Positions 1 through 10,785 of a stretch of 64,000 nucleotides of DNA are shown piece after piece (positions within the stretch are counted from its first letter, which is position 1; each line of letters opens with the position of its first letter). A model generated the notes under the pieces. It did no database searches. It was not told where the DNA came from and saw nothing but the letters and a program-made list of their open reading frames with translations. Source of the DNA: an uncultured cyanobacterium (GTDB lineage Bacteria > Cyanobacteriota > Cyanobacteriia > Leptolyngbyales > Leptolyngbyaceae); assembly GCA_963766075.1 (NCBI GenBank), contig CAVYAN010000061.1, forward strand, positions 90,598-154,597. The letters run 5' to 3'. A program made the translations under genes and the position numbers.

Positions 1-959
1 TCCGGCGGGGAGAATGGATCATTGGTGATTTTGATGTTTTCTGCGACCCAGCCGTCCGGTGTAAAGTCCAATTTATCGGCTTCAAATCGCAATCGCCTGA
101 CCTGCCCCCCCTGGGGTGGGGCTCCGGGCAGGCGCGATGCATCCCGGCCCACACCAGCCGCCACGAAAATACCGCCTGTACTGCTGCCCACTCGGGTGGG
201 CTGATTTGCCGTGATGCGATCGCTAGCGGGAGGCGTTAATACTGTACCCAGTGGCCCGGTGGGAAAGCTCAAATCACGGCCCGCTGTGGGCGTAAAAATC
301 TCGCCGCTGGCCTGTTGGACCGTGCCGTCCCCTTGGACAAAGTTGTACTCTAAACGCTGTCCGCGCAATACCTGATCGCCCCGAGTTAGGGCCGCATTGC
401 CCTCGGCAACGGCAAACCGATTCAGGAGGTTGACCTGCAAACGATCGGCATCCAGCAACGATTCCCGAAACCGCATCTTTACGGCTCCTGTTGCCGTAAA
501 GATGCGACGCTGCTCATCATACTCTTGGCGATCCGCCATCAGTTCCAGCACGCTAAAGGTGCCCGATGGGGATGTGCTCGATGGGGATGTAACAGGCGCA
601 GCTCCTGGGGTGCCAGCGGGCGGAACTGGCGTGGTTTCTGTTCCCGGAATGGCCTGTCCCACCCGCAGCGATGCAGTCGACCCCCGCCCCGGTAACGCGA
701 TCGGCGCGGGCGAAAACATTATGGGCGAGAGCCTTTCTGCCGGGTCAGGCTGCGCTAAAGCGGCTGCTCCCAAGCGCTTGGCAGGGTCTGCAACAGTCCC
801 CGTAGTCCCTACAGCGGATGGCAGGCATTGCCCATTTTTAACAGATCCGCTTTTAATAGGCCCGCTTTCAGCAAGTCCACTGGCAGTAAGCCCACCTTGA
901 AGACAAAGGGGAGATACCATCGCAGCAGGCGGCAAAGCAGGAGGAGCCGAATAGGGCAT
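1..959 (-). CDS. DUF3769 / LptD(OstA)-like outer-membrane assembly protein, 3' part runs off window
   Basis: Manual translation from ATG at 959 gives MPYSAPPALPP...VLELMADRQEYDEQRRIFTATGAVKMRFRESLLDADRLQVNLLNRFAVAEGNAALTRGDQVLRGQRLEYNFVQG...LRFEADKLDF...KITNDPFSPP. The frame is open to the window edge and lies downstream of psbI, as is typical in cyanobacteria. Not in the ORF track. Confidence 0.85.
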   Translation of the reverse strand, partial: MPYSAPPALPPAAMVSPLCLQGGLTASGLAESGPIKSGSVKNGQCLPSAVGTTGTVADPAKRLGAAALAQPDPAERLSPIMFSPAPIALPGRGSTASLRVGQAIPGTETTPVPPAGTPGAAPVTSPSSTSPSGTFSVLELMADRQEYDEQRRIFTATGAVKMRFRESLLDADRLQVNLLNRFAVAEGNAALTRGDQVLRGQRLEYNFVQGDGTVQQASGEIFTPTAGRDLSFPTGPLGTVLTPPASDRITANQPTRVGSSTGGIFVAAGVGRDASRLPGAPPQGGQVRRLRFEADKLDFTPDGWVAENIKITNDPFSPP

Positions 960-998
960 AGGGCGTAAACAAACCGAGTGCATCTCAGAAAAAACAAA

Positions 999-1028
999 TC
1001 CAGGGGCAGTTCAGCGAGCCACCCCTGG
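999..1028 (-). terminator. Hairpin downstream of psbI
   Basis: CCAGGGG...CCCCTGG inverted repeat followed on the minus strand by a T-rich tract. Confidence 0.45.
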
Positions 1029-1058
1029 ACCCAACTTGTACGGCGCTGCCGTTGAAAA

Positions 1059-1175
1059 CTATTCCAGGTCTTTGCGCCCGGGGTTACGAGCCGGGTCACC
1101 GGATAAAAAGCCGAAAATAAACAGCGAGGCAAAAAATGTCACCACGATATAAACCACGATTTTGAGGGTCAGCAT
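1059..1175 (-). CDS. psbI: Photosystem II reaction centre protein I
   Basis: Manual translation [38 protein letters not shown] (38 aa), canonical PsbI; below the ORF-track cut-off. Confidence 0.97.
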   Translation of the reverse strand: MLTLKIVVYIVVTFFASLFIFGFLSGDPARNPGRKDLE

Positions 1176-1742
1176 AATTTAAGGACTCCAGAGGATATCA
1201 AACTCCAGCGGATTGACGGTTTGCCAAACGCGCCGCGATCGCTTTTCTCAATAATACAGAAATGCTGGTCTCTTTTTGAGCCTGGAGCGCCGACTTCTCT
1301 AAGGATCCTCCTGGCTGATGCCCCATTCGTAGCCGCACCCTTAAGATTCTTGATCTTAGATTCCTGATTACGCGGACGCGAGTTTCCACAAAACGTTCCC
1401 TGCGCTATTCGTGCCCCCACGAGGGCATCTGGGCCGAGAAGCGCCCCGCTAAGCCTGCAATGGGTCTAAAACGCCAGACGGCTAAAACGCCAGACGGCCG
1501 ACTCACCCGACGTGCAGATTTCCCCTGTTTGGAGATTTTTCTCTCTGTGCCATGCCAACCCTCCCAGGGAAAACTATATACATCGGTAAAGATTCAGTGA
1601 ATCTCCCGGGCTTTCCTAGGGCAATACTAGCAATTTTACTGATGCTGATTACAGCAGGGCGGAATCCAGTCTATGTTGCCAACATTCGGGAATAGGCAGA
1701 GGCTCATTTCTGTTCCTGACTTTTTCAGTTTGTTCAGAACTT

Positions 1743-2996
1743 ATGCCGTATCCCATGTTTGATCGCTTCGCTACCCTGGCCCCCGTTCCTATTTCTCCAG
1801 TGGAAAATTCGGCCTATCGCTTTGGATTTATCCTGAGCGCGGTCATGGGCAACCAGACTCGCTATATCAACTTCCGGAAATATGCGGAGCGCGATCCCGA
1901 GGTGGATCTCGTCTGGGCACCCATTACCCACTACATTCCCCCCGGTGAATTCAACCCATTCCGGTGGCTGCCTGGGCCTCTTCAGACCCGTGCCGTGGCC
2001 CTTTATCAGACATGGCCTGTTTTGCGACAAATGGGCCAGTTGGATGGCGTGATGATTCACCTCTTTGAAGCCGTAGTGTTTTCTAGCCTGCGCACCCTGA
2101 TTTGTCAGCGACCCATTATTGTCAACAATCACGACGATCCGCCCATTGTCAATCCCGCTACCTATCCCCTCTATGCCCGCCATCTGCAAAAAAGCCCCTG
2201 GCGGCAGCAGTTGCGTTTAGGCATTGATCGCTGGTGTGCCCACCACACGGATTTATTGATCCCCTGGTCTAACTGGGCTGCGGATATTTATACCCAGGGC
2301 TGTGGGGTGCCTGAGGCTCGGGTTCATCCGATTCATGTTGGTGTTGATTTGGAATTGTGGCAGCCTGTGACCAAGTCCTTTGACTCCTCGAAAAAGCCCA
2401 AGCTGCTCTTTGTGGGGGGCGAGTTTGAGCGCAAAGGTGGAGCCATCCTCCTGGATGTATTTCAGCAGCGGTTTGGCGATCGCGCGGAACTCCATCTTGT
2501 GACCAAATCTGCCCCTTCCGATCTCCCCGCCAATGTGATCGTGCATGCAGATTTCTCTCCCAACGACCCGCGCCTCACCGCCCTCTACGCGGCGGCGGAT
2601 ATTTTTGTGCTACCCACCCGCGCGGATCTGTCATCCTTTGCTTCCCTGGAGGCCATGGCCTCTTCCTGCCCCGTTATCGCTACCCCCGTTGGCGGCATTC
2701 CTGACCTTGTCCGCCACGGTGAAACCGGCCTCTTAGTGCCTCCCAATGATGCCACGGCCTTGGCCCATGCCCTGGAGGCTCTCGTAGACAATCCCAGTCA
2801 TCGACGGCGTCTGGGATTGGCAGGTCGCCAAGTCGTTGAGCAGGACTTCAGTGCTGCCGTGAATACGCCCCGGATTCTCACACTGATGAAACAAGCTGTA
2901 GATGCACGGCGGTTAGGGCGAACGCGGCATTCCCAGGCAACTTCCGCCTCCTGGACATCAGTTCGGCCCATTGTCGGGCACCCTGCGAGGCGCTAG
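1743..2996 (+). CDS. Glycosyltransferase family 4 (GT-B)
   Basis: LLFVGGEFERKGG, ADIFVLPTRAD...LEAMASSCPVIATPVGGIPDLVRHGETGLLVPP motifs. Confidence 0.9.
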   Translation: MPYPMFDRFATLAPVPISPVENSAYRFGFILSAVMGNQTRYINFRKYAERDPEVDLVWAPITHYIPPGEFNPFRWLPGPLQTRAVALYQTWPVLRQMGQLDGVMIHLFEAVVFSSLRTLICQRPIIVNNHDDPPIVNPATYPLYARHLQKSPWRQQLRLGIDRWCAHHTDLLIPWSNWAADIYTQGCGVPEARVHPIHVGVDLELWQPVTKSFDSSKKPKLLFVGGEFERKGGAILLDVFQQRFGDRAELHLVTKSAPSDLPANVIVHADFSPNDPRLTALYAAADIFVLPTRADLSSFASLEAMASSCPVIATPVGGIPDLVRHGETGLLVPPNDATALAHALEALVDNPSHRRRLGLAGRQVVEQDFSAAVNTPRILTLMKQAVDARRLGRTRHSQATSASWTSVRPIVGHPARR

Positions 2997-3082
2997 GTGA
3001 AGAGACTGACCTGGAGCGCTGGCGTCTACGCTGCCGTCTTTCGGAACTGAAGTTCACTCAATTTTCCGTTCTTCTTTGCCTG

Positions 3083-4879
3083 GTGGCTATGACTCTAAAA
3101 TTTCCGCAATCCCTTGAGGCGCTGGCTGCCAGCCCGTCTAGCTTCCAAGCCGCTTGTTTCAAAGTGGGCTGTGTCCTGGCGCTGTTGGCCACCCTGGGCC
3201 TGTCGCTGGTGGGAAACCACGGCTTATCGTGGGATGAACCGGCGGGTATTTCTACCGTGAAGTGGAATTATGACTATGTGAGGCATCACAAGCCCATGCC
3301 CTATGAAGTTCTGAAATATAACGGGACGCTGTTTAATTTTGGTGCAGAGGCCCTCTATCAGATTAGCCGACTCGTGAAAGATCCCTCTGCGGCCCAGGCC
3401 GGTCTGGAGGAAAATTTACAGGTATCTGGTGCCACTCCAGCCGAATCGGCGGATCGCTATGAGCGCCGTAAAGATGAAGAAACGCGCGATCGCATCGCCA
3501 TCAAACATCCCCTCACTTTCTTAACTTCGCTGCTAGCCTACGGCGCTGTCGCTGGAATTGTACGCATCTGGTGGGGTGGCCAATTCGCATGGCTAGGCGT
3601 CGTGGTTCTGGCGCTGTTTCCCCGGTTCTGGGGCCATAGTTTTTTCAACCATAAGGATATTCCCTTTGCCGCCGTTTTTGCTGTGAGTATTCTGGCGGGG
3701 ATTTATCTAGTGGCGCACTATCTGGAGCTGGAGGAGCCGGAAGAAAATCTTGATCCATCTCGCTCCGGCCCCGTTGCCATTGGGCCGATCACGCTGGATC
3801 GCCGTTTTGTCTATGCGATGTTGTATGGCATCCTGGCTGGGATTTTAACTGGCATTCGATTTGGCGGTTTCATGATCCTGCCGATCACTTACCTGGGGGC
3901 GATCGTCGTTCGTCTTGGGATGCCCAGAGCGGGATTAGCAAAAAGTCTGCTGCGGGTGACGGGGTATCACGCGGTGACAGCAATAGTTTGCCTGGGCGTA
4001 ACCCTGTTGGCCTATCCGGCCTCGTGGTTGGCCCCCCTGCAATGGCTGTGGAACGCTAAGGCCACGATGACCAATTATCCCTGGGAAGGCTTGGTGCTGT
4101 TTAATGGCAGTCTGTATCCCAATGGGACTAGTGCCTTGGTACTACATTCCCCTGTGGTTTTTATCTCCGTACCCGTGATTTTGCAAGTGTTGTTTGGCCT
4201 AGGGGTGGGGGTACTGGTAAAGCGTTATGCCCAATTTTCGCGCTTACAAAAAGTCGGCACGGTTCTGGTACTGCTCCAGGTCTTTTTGTTGCCGCTAGGG
4301 GCGATCGCCCAGCGGTCCCCGATCTACAACGAAATTCGGCATTTTTCCTTCATCACTCCGGGAGTGGCCGCCATTGCGACGGGGGCGTTGATGTGGATTT
4401 ATCAACTGCTGCGGCACCGGGGGTGGCGACTGGGGGTGATCACCTGTAGCCTCATCCTCAGCAGCCAAATTGTCTGGGATATGGTGCAGCTCCATCCCTA
4501 TGAATATATTTACTTTAATCGCCTGTCCCGATCTATCGCTAACGCTCCAGCAGCCTACGAAACGGACTATTGGGGCCTGAGCGCCCGGGCCGCCATGGAG
4601 TGGGTTAACGAAAATGGCCAACCCCATCTACCCGTGCTGGTGGGGGTCAACACCCGGTCTGCCAGCATTTATGCGAGCCCCGATCGCCCCTATCTGCCCT
4701 TTTCTCCCGCCTCTCTGGCAACACTGAAGTCGCAGCCGTTTTACTATCTTGCCGCCCCGGTCGTTAGCTATCGCTACCCCGACTTTTTCAAAAGCTGCCC
4801 GCTGGTCCATCAAATCCAACGCCAAGATTTGCAGCTTACCCTCGTGCGGCAATGCCCCGCCAATGCCACCGCCGAATAG
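3083..4879 (+). CDS. GT-C fold membrane glycosyltransferase (GT39/ArnT/PMT_2-like)
   Basis: Multiple TM helices; SWDE motif after TM1; HSFFNHKDIPF, LHPYEYIYFN, ETDYWGLS. Contains a compensated frameshift at ~4124-4162. Confidence 0.8.
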   Translation: MAMTLKFPQSLEALAASPSSFQAACFKVGCVLALLATLGLSLVGNHGLSWDEPAGISTVKWNYDYVRHHKPMPYEVLKYNGTLFNFGAEALYQISRLVKDPSAAQAGLEENLQVSGATPAESADRYERRKDEETRDRIAIKHPLTFLTSLLAYGAVAGIVRIWWGGQFAWLGVVVLALFPRFWGHSFFNHKDIPFAAVFAVSILAGIYLVAHYLELEEPEENLDPSRSGPVAIGPITLDRRFVYAMLYGILAGILTGIRFGGFMILPITYLGAIVVRLGMPRAGLAKSLLRVTGYHAVTAIVCLGVTLLAYPASWLAPLQWLWNAKATMTNYPWEGLVLFNGSLYPNGTSALVLHSPVVFISVPVILQVLFGLGVGVLVKRYAQFSRLQKVGTVLVLLQVFLLPLGAIAQRSPIYNEIRHFSFITPGVAAIATGALMWIYQLLRHRGWRLGVITCSLILSSQIVWDMVQLHPYEYIYFNRLSRSIANAPAAYETDYWGLSARAAMEWVNENGQPHLPVLVGVNTRSASIYASPDRPYLPFSPASLATLKSQPFYYLAAPVVSYRYPDFFKSCPLVHQIQRQDLQLTLVRQCPANATAE

Positions 4880-4951
4880 TCACACCCCGCCGAATAGTCA
4901 CGACCACAGAGCCTGAGAAGCCCGCTGGGTCTAGATTTGACTGGGCATGCC

Positions 4952-5915
4952 CTAGGGCATCGGGCGGGGGGTGTACCAAGGACTAAGAAATACCCCCCGG
5001 TAGTATTCAAACCAGCAGGCCGGTGCTAATTGGGTGGCGATCGCCTGCCGATGCTTGAGATAAAAGATTGTTAAACGCAGGGTGCTGACCCCCAGGTAAA
5101 ACGGCAGCAGGACCGGCATAAACGGGCGCTGCCAAGGGGCCAGTTTGGCAATCCGACAGGCATGGGCGGATAACCCTGCACTTTGGGCCAGTCGGGTCAA
5201 ATGTTCCCGTTCAAAGCGTCCAGGGGCAATGTGATGCCATCCTTCCAATTCGGGGTGATGCCATACCTGCCAGCGGCTGCTTTGAATGTAGATGACAATT
5301 TCTATATCCTCGGCATTGGACACCACAATGCCCCGAATGGTTTGCTTGCCCCGCAAGCGTCGGTGGAGCGGCACAGCCTCTTGCCATGCCTGTTTACGCA
5401 CCACAAAACTGGGCCCCCCCGGCACTGTACCTGGCTTCGTGTACTGCATCGGCTCCGGCCCTTTATCTTCCAACGCCAGCAGGAATTTAATACGGTGAAA
5501 GTCATCGGGCAAGGGTCGTCAGTTTTGACGTAGTGTCGTCCCCCGTAAGCACCCACTTGGGGATGGTCTTGCCCAAACTGGATAGCGGCAGCTACCCAAT
5601 GCGTTCTGCCAACAGGTAGTCATCATCGGCAAAGGCGACTAAATCGTGGCTGTGGGCTTCAGCGATCGCCCGATTCCGCGCATAGGCAGTACCCTGAGTG
5701 GGCTCAAACACGTAACGCAGGCGACTGTCCGTCCGCCACCGGGCTGCATAATCCGCGACCACCTGGGCCGTGCCATCCTGACTGTTATTGTCCACAACCA
5801 GCACCTCCCAGGTCATGCCTGCGGTGTCGGTTTGTCCCAATAGCCGATCCAGAACCGCTGGCAAACGCTTTTCGCCATTGAAGGTGCAAATTGCCACGGT
5901 CAAATCTACTGCCAT
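4952..5915 (-). pseudogene. HpsE-like GT2 glycosyltransferase, split over three frames (frameshifts near 5600 and 5513; may be sequencing indels)
   Basis: N-term DLTVAICTFNGEKRLP..VVDNNS..AFADDD; then WVAAAIQFGQDHPQVGAYGG in frame 2; then PDDFHRIK..VVRKQAW..EDIE..HHIAPGRF in frame 3. Confidence 0.8.
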
Positions 5916-6062
5916 AGGTCATGATCCAAGCTCAGGTGAAATAGTGGTGAACAGGTGAAATAGTGATGAAATAGAGCGCTCGTTTTTCGACTCTCGTTTT
6001 TCGACAATGCTTGCCGGTGCGCCGAGATATAGATGGCTGTGGACAATGTTCGTCGTCACTTC

Positions 6063-7547
6063 CTATTGGGAATGCCAAAGGGCAGCGAGTTTTGTTTCCA
6101 ACCACACAAACACCCGATCCAGCCACCGCAGACAGCCTTCTAGAGGTGTGCGCAAATACTGAATCACGGATGCCTGGGTGTCGATATAGTCTGCTTCATG
6201 CCGTGGGTGTGTTGGTACAGCCCCGGCGGAGACTGGGGGGGGATAGGGAATGCGGAGTGGGTACCCAGGCCCAGTCTCTGACCGCGGGCCAGAGGCTGCC
6301 GTCGGCGGGGGGTAGGGAATGGCGGACACGCCCGTCGTTGGGGTTGGATCTCCCTTGGCCGCGTCAGGAGAGGGCTTGGCGGCTTCCCGAAGTTCGATTG
6401 TGGGGGCATGGCTCGGGGAAACCTGGGTCGTGGGAGAGGGCGTGATTGCCGCTGCAGACATCGCCGACATCGATAGGGCGGCGGCGGAAATTGCCGATGG
6501 GGTAATTGCAGAGGGCGTTATGGCAGAAGCTCGGTCCTGGGCTCGAAGTGGCTGACCTTGCCGTGTGAAGGATAGGGCCGATGGCTGGTGTGGCATTGAC
6601 AGTTCGCGAGACTGTTGCAGCATCGACTCTTGGAAAAGATTCGCCGCGATCGCCACAGAACTCTGCTGCATCCATCCCATCAACCGCTGTGCCCACCGCC
6701 CCAGCAATTGGCGCGCGCGCGGCTGAATTGGGCCATAGGATTGCAGCCACGCCCGAGTCTGCTGGCGGGACAGTTGCACCCTGCGCCCATGGGTGGCCAG
6801 TTCCCAAATGAGGCGCTGCCGCAAGTGGCTCTGCTGAGCATGGGACAGTATATCCAGCACTTGGTTTTGGGTTGTGACCAGGACCAGGGCGCGGGTATCC
6901 AGGCGACTGGCAATCCCCTGCACTTGGTAGGGGGACGTGGATGGGCTGGATGTGGACAGGCTGGATGTGGACGGATGGGAGGAGGTGAGGCGGGAGGAGG
7001 CCGTGGGCACGAGGCTGGATTCAGAGGGACGGAAGGTCGGGGTGCCTTGCCGCAGCGTTTGTTCCGGCGCTTGGCCCAGCATCGTGGCTAGACGCTGCAC
7101 TACTAAACCCGATGGACCTGTTGGCAATGCCCAAGAGCCCAGTGAAACAGGCCCTACGGGATAAAAAATATTGTCTGACTGGGCGATCGCCTCATCCAGC
7201 ACCACCGGCAGTGATCCCGGCAACGCCATCTCTCGCAGGGTCTGCAAAATCCCATAAACCGGTGCATCCACCGCCAATGCTGCCTGTTCTGCTTCAGTGC
7301 TGGCTGTCTCAGCCCAAGGGGCAATCGGCTCCGAACCCCCCGTCAGCCAAAGATCCACCCGCGATCGCAGCCCACGGCTCGCTTGAAAAACCGCATAGAC
7401 GGGATAGAGCAGAATTTGTGCCGTCCAGCTTGCCGCCGTGCGGCACCGTCGCCATGCGATCGCTCCCCACTCCAGCCATCGTCGGGACTGTCGGACAATC
7501 CCACTCACCATCTTGCTTTGGTACGGACCCGACTGAAACAACGCCAT
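6063..7547 (-). CDS. Conserved cyanobacterial hypothetical protein with Ser/Pro/Thr-rich linkers
   Basis: 494-aa ORF with SGPYQSK N-term, IQGIAS-like/[14 protein letters not shown] core and C-term [21 protein letters not shown]; in-frame 15-nt repeats (SAITP). Confidence 0.7.
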   Translation of the reverse strand: MALFQSGPYQSKMVSGIVRQSRRWLEWGAIAWRRCRTAASWTAQILLYPVYAVFQASRGLRSRVDLWLTGGSEPIAPWAETASTEAEQAALAVDAPVYGILQTLREMALPGSLPVVLDEAIAQSDNIFYPVGPVSLGSWALPTGPSGLVVQRLATMLGQAPEQTLRQGTPTFRPSESSLVPTASSRLTSSHPSTSSLSTSSPSTSPYQVQGIASRLDTRALVLVTTQNQVLDILSHAQQSHLRQRLIWELATHGRRVQLSRQQTRAWLQSYGPIQPRARQLLGRWAQRLMGWMQQSSVAIAANLFQESMLQQSRELSMPHQPSALSFTRQGQPLRAQDRASAITPSAITPSAISAAALSMSAMSAAAITPSPTTQVSPSHAPTIELREAAKPSPDAAKGDPTPTTGVSAIPYPPPTAASGPRSETGPGYPLRIPYPPPVSAGAVPTHPRHEADYIDTQASVIQYLRTPLEGCLRWLDRVFVWLETKLAALWHSQ

Positions 7548-7750
7548 TGCTACTCAACCTGCCGCCAATCGATATCCCTAATTCTACAGGGGATTCTCCC
7601 TCAGTCACCGCCTCGAATAGTACAAAGGAATTATGCATCATGCTGCCCTTTGCCCTGTCGCCCAATTCTGCCATCCGCCACTGCCGCATCCCTAGCCACC
7701 GGCCCCCGCAAAAGTTTATACTGATTGAGCTTTCACAGGTTTACAAAACT

Positions 7751-8392
7751 TTGGGTATCGATCTCCGCAGTTACGTTTATCTTGACCGGCTGCAACCCCA
7801 ACATGCTGCCTACCTGGGCACTGTCTCCCTGGGCTTCTTGCCTTTGCCGGGAGACGCTTCCCTCTGGGTAGAAATTTCCCCCGGCATTGAAATTAATCGC
7901 ATTACTGATGTCGCCCTCAAGGCAGCGGTGGTGCGTCCTGGTGTCCAGATGGTAGAGCGCCTGTATGGATTGCTGGAAATCCATGCCAGTAGCCAAGGCG
8001 AAGTCCAAGCAGCGGGGCGTGCCATTTTGGATAGTCTTGGCGTGAATCGTCAGGACTGTCTCAAGCCCCGGATTCTTTCTAGTCAGATCATTCGCAACAT
8101 TGATCCCCACCATACGCAGCTGATTAATCGCTCTCGACGCGGACAAATGATTATGGCAGGGCAAACTCTGTACGTCTTTGAAGTAGAGCCCGCTGCCTAT
8201 GCGGCCCTGGCGGCCAATGAAGCCGAAAAAGCAGCCCTCATCAACATTCTGCAAGTCTCTGCCGTGGGCAGTTTTGGCCGCTTGTACCTGGGGGGGGCCG
8301 AGCGCGATATTATTGCCGCTGCCAAGGCTGTTGTGGAGTGCATCGAAAGTCTGGCGGGGCGTGAGCATTCGTTTAATATGCGCAGAGAATAA
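7751..8392 (+). CDS. ccmP: Carboxysome shell protein CcmP (circularly permuted tandem BMC)
   Basis: TTG start at 7751 gives 213 aa (M)[20 protein letters not shown]...[21 protein letters not shown]...[29 protein letters not shown], closely matching CcmP. Confidence 0.93.
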   Translation: MGIDLRSYVYLDRLQPQHAAYLGTVSLGFLPLPGDASLWVEISPGIEINRITDVALKAAVVRPGVQMVERLYGLLEIHASSQGEVQAAGRAILDSLGVNRQDCLKPRILSSQIIRNIDPHHTQLINRSRRGQMIMAGQTLYVFEVEPAAYAALAANEAEKAALINILQVSAVGSFGRLYLGGAERDIIAAAKAVVECIESLAGREHSFNMRRE

Positions 8393-8403
8393 GAGGACAC
8401 GAC

Positions 8404-9327
8404 ATGGCAAACCATCAGCATCTTGCGCTGCTGAGGCAGGGTGCCGTGAGTTGGCAAAACTGGCGACACGCCCATCCCAGCTTGGATCCGGACCTCAGTC
8501 ACAGTCATTTGGATCGCCTTAATTTTCGCGGAATTGATCTTCGTCGCGCCAATCTGAGTGGTACCACTCTGCGAGGTACACAGCTAGAATCCGCCAATTT
8601 GAGCGGGGCCATCCTGGATCAGGCTGACTTCACCATGGCTAGCCTAAAGCATGCACACTTATCCCACGCGCAACTCACCAATGCCGTGCTGCAACAGGCC
8701 AACTTAGACGCAGCCGATTTAACAGAGGCGCATCTGCTCAGTGCAAATCTCAGTCAGGCTAATTTGCGTGAAGCGGTGTTGCACAAGGCCAACTTGATTG
8801 GAGCGGATCTACGCGCAGCTAATTTGCGCGAGGCTGATGCGGGGCAGGCCCTACTGCTGCGGGCTAATTTGAGTGAATCCAGTTGGGTCGCGGCGCACTT
8901 GAATGAGGCTCAGTTGGCTGGAGCAAACCTTTATCGTGCGGATCTGGATGGGGCGTCGCTCTATGGAGCGAACTTGCAGCAGGCCAAGTTGGTGGCAGTG
9001 AATGCCAGTGGTACATACCTATTAGGAGCGGACTTGAGCGATGCCATGCTGTTTGGTGCCAATCTAACTTGGAGCAATCTGCATCGGGCAAGGCTGTGCC
9101 GCGCGGATTTGCGAGGATGCAATTTGCGGCGGGCCAATCTGAGTTGGGCGGATTTGACTGGGGCAAATTTGCAGGGAGCGAGTTTGCGTGGAGCCGATCT
9201 ACGGGGTTGCTGTCTGAGGGAAGCCGATTTGACTGATGCGGATCTACGGGACGTGCAAATTCGCTCAACGGATCTGACCGGAGCCATTCTACCTGGAGCA
9301 CCTCGGCAGCAGTTCCGGTCTCTATAA
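8404..9327 (+). CDS. Pentapeptide repeat protein
   Basis: MANHQHLALLRQGAVSWQNWR N-term followed by continuous A[D/N]LxX repeats. Confidence 0.93.
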   Translation: MANHQHLALLRQGAVSWQNWRHAHPSLDPDLSHSHLDRLNFRGIDLRRANLSGTTLRGTQLESANLSGAILDQADFTMASLKHAHLSHAQLTNAVLQQANLDAADLTEAHLLSANLSQANLREAVLHKANLIGADLRAANLREADAGQALLLRANLSESSWVAAHLNEAQLAGANLYRADLDGASLYGANLQQAKLVAVNASGTYLLGADLSDAMLFGANLTWSNLHRARLCRADLRGCNLRRANLSWADLTGANLQGASLRGADLRGCCLREADLTDADLRDVQIRSTDLTGAILPGAPRQQFRSL

Positions 9328-9452
9328 CGATTGCAATCGCCGGATGCTAATACCCTTTCTATCCACCTAACAGATTCTATTCACCTAACAGACCGTTTCT
9401 GCCAAAACTGATGACACTTCTGTAAATTTCTGTAAAGCGTGATCCACCTAGC

Positions 9453-10520
9453 CTAATTCCTTCGGCGGCGCGGTTTGCCGCGATGATTAGGGGCTGCGGA
9501 TTTGGGAGGATTGTCGTCCGCTAATTCGGGGGAGTTTTTCTCGGGCAGGGGAGATGGAGGCGCAAGGGGAGTATTAGCGATTGCGGCCCCACTGTCTACT
9601 GGCTTTTCACGCGGTTCTGGCAGCGGCAACTCCTCCAGGGGAACCCGTTCAGAGGGAATCTGCTCAGAAGGAACCCGTTCGGTAGGAATGCGTTCGGCAA
9701 GAGACGGCGGTTCCGGAAGGTGAAGGGCTTGGCGTTCTAGGGGTTCAGGTTGGGCGATCGCCCGCCGTTCTAACTCCACCTCCACCGAATTGGATACTGG
9801 CAAAGCCAAGGGCTTTTGCTCCTGTCGCAGCTCCGGCAGGGCCACCAGTTCCTTCTCCGTTTCTTTAATGGCCACTGGGATCCGTACGGGCTGCAACTCA
9901 TCAATCCAGCAGCTCGCCAAGGGCAATGTTTGATCCAAATCATCCAGCGGGCGGGGCACCAGCATCACGGAATGCAGCTCACCAATGCGCTCAGCTTCGA
10001 TCATGCCAGCATCCAAAGCAATGCCGACATTGGACACTGAGCCCCGCACGATCGCCGTACACAGACCCGCCCCAATGGTTTCATAGGCCGCCAGCACCAC
10101 GTCGCCTGCCTTTAGCATGGCATCCGCTGCGCCTACCATGGCCGGAAACCCCCGAGTTTCCAGGAGGCCCACGGCTTGGTTGCTCAGGCGGCTATGGCCA
10201 CGCCCATTAGCCAACTGCATCAATCGACTGCCAATGGGCAATACGGCTTCCAGATTCGGCATGGGGCGAGCAATCACCAGGGAAGACGCGGGTTGGCCAA
10301 ATTGCTTGGCGCGATCTTCACCTTCCTGCACCGCAAGGCGCACATCTGCGATGCCCCCCCGCACAATTGCTGTGCAGTGCCCACTGCCAATTTTCTCGTA
10401 GCCCACTAAAGTGACTCCGGAGGACTTGAGCATGTGATCGGCAATGCCCACAATCGCCGGAAAACTTCGGACCGAGATTAAACCGAGCGCGGTATCTGTA
10501 AAGTCTTCTCGTCGGTTCAT
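9453..10520 (-). CDS. ccmO: Carboxysome shell protein CcmO (tandem BMC) with long Pro/Glu-rich tail
   Basis: ALGLISVRSFPAIVGIADHMLKS..GYEKIGSG and AVGLLETRGFPAMVGAADAMLK..PRPLDDL, i.e. two BMC domains as in CcmO. Confidence 0.9.
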   Translation of the reverse strand: MNRREDFTDTALGLISVRSFPAIVGIADHMLKSSGVTLVGYEKIGSGHCTAIVRGGIADVRLAVQEGEDRAKQFGQPASSLVIARPMPNLEAVLPIGSRLMQLANGRGHSRLSNQAVGLLETRGFPAMVGAADAMLKAGDVVLAAYETIGAGLCTAIVRGSVSNVGIALDAGMIEAERIGELHSVMLVPRPLDDLDQTLPLASCWIDELQPVRIPVAIKETEKELVALPELRQEQKPLALPVSNSVEVELERRAIAQPEPLERQALHLPEPPSLAERIPTERVPSEQIPSERVPLEELPLPEPREKPVDSGAAIANTPLAPPSPLPEKNSPELADDNPPKSAAPNHRGKPRRRRN

Positions 10521-10653
10521 TTCAGGCAGGGATAAGGGATAGGAGCCACAGGATCAAGCAAAGCCGTCAATCTTCGGGAGCGATCATCACGTTCCGCTCT
10601 CATTCTCACCTGTTTTCGGGCTTCTCTCCCACGGAATTACTGGGGTTCTTAAT

Positions 10654-10697
10654 GTTTTACCCCACAAGGCACAGCGTTTTACCCCACAAGGCACAGC
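10654..10697. repeat. 22-bp perfect tandem duplication
   Basis: GTTTTACCCCACAAGGCACAGC x2 in the ccmO/purN divergent promoter region. Confidence 0.9.
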
Positions 10698-10785
10698 CTA
10701 GTAAAAGTCTTGCCGCTAGACAAGCAATCGCCTTTCCGGCACTATAAGCAAGGCATTAGCCCACCCATTCTGATCTGAAACCGCA

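Noticed and set aside
7112..7750. 213-aa N-terminal extension of CcmP in the ORF track
   Set aside because: It overlaps the opposite-strand gene and is low-complexity; TTG at 7751 gives the canonical CcmP length
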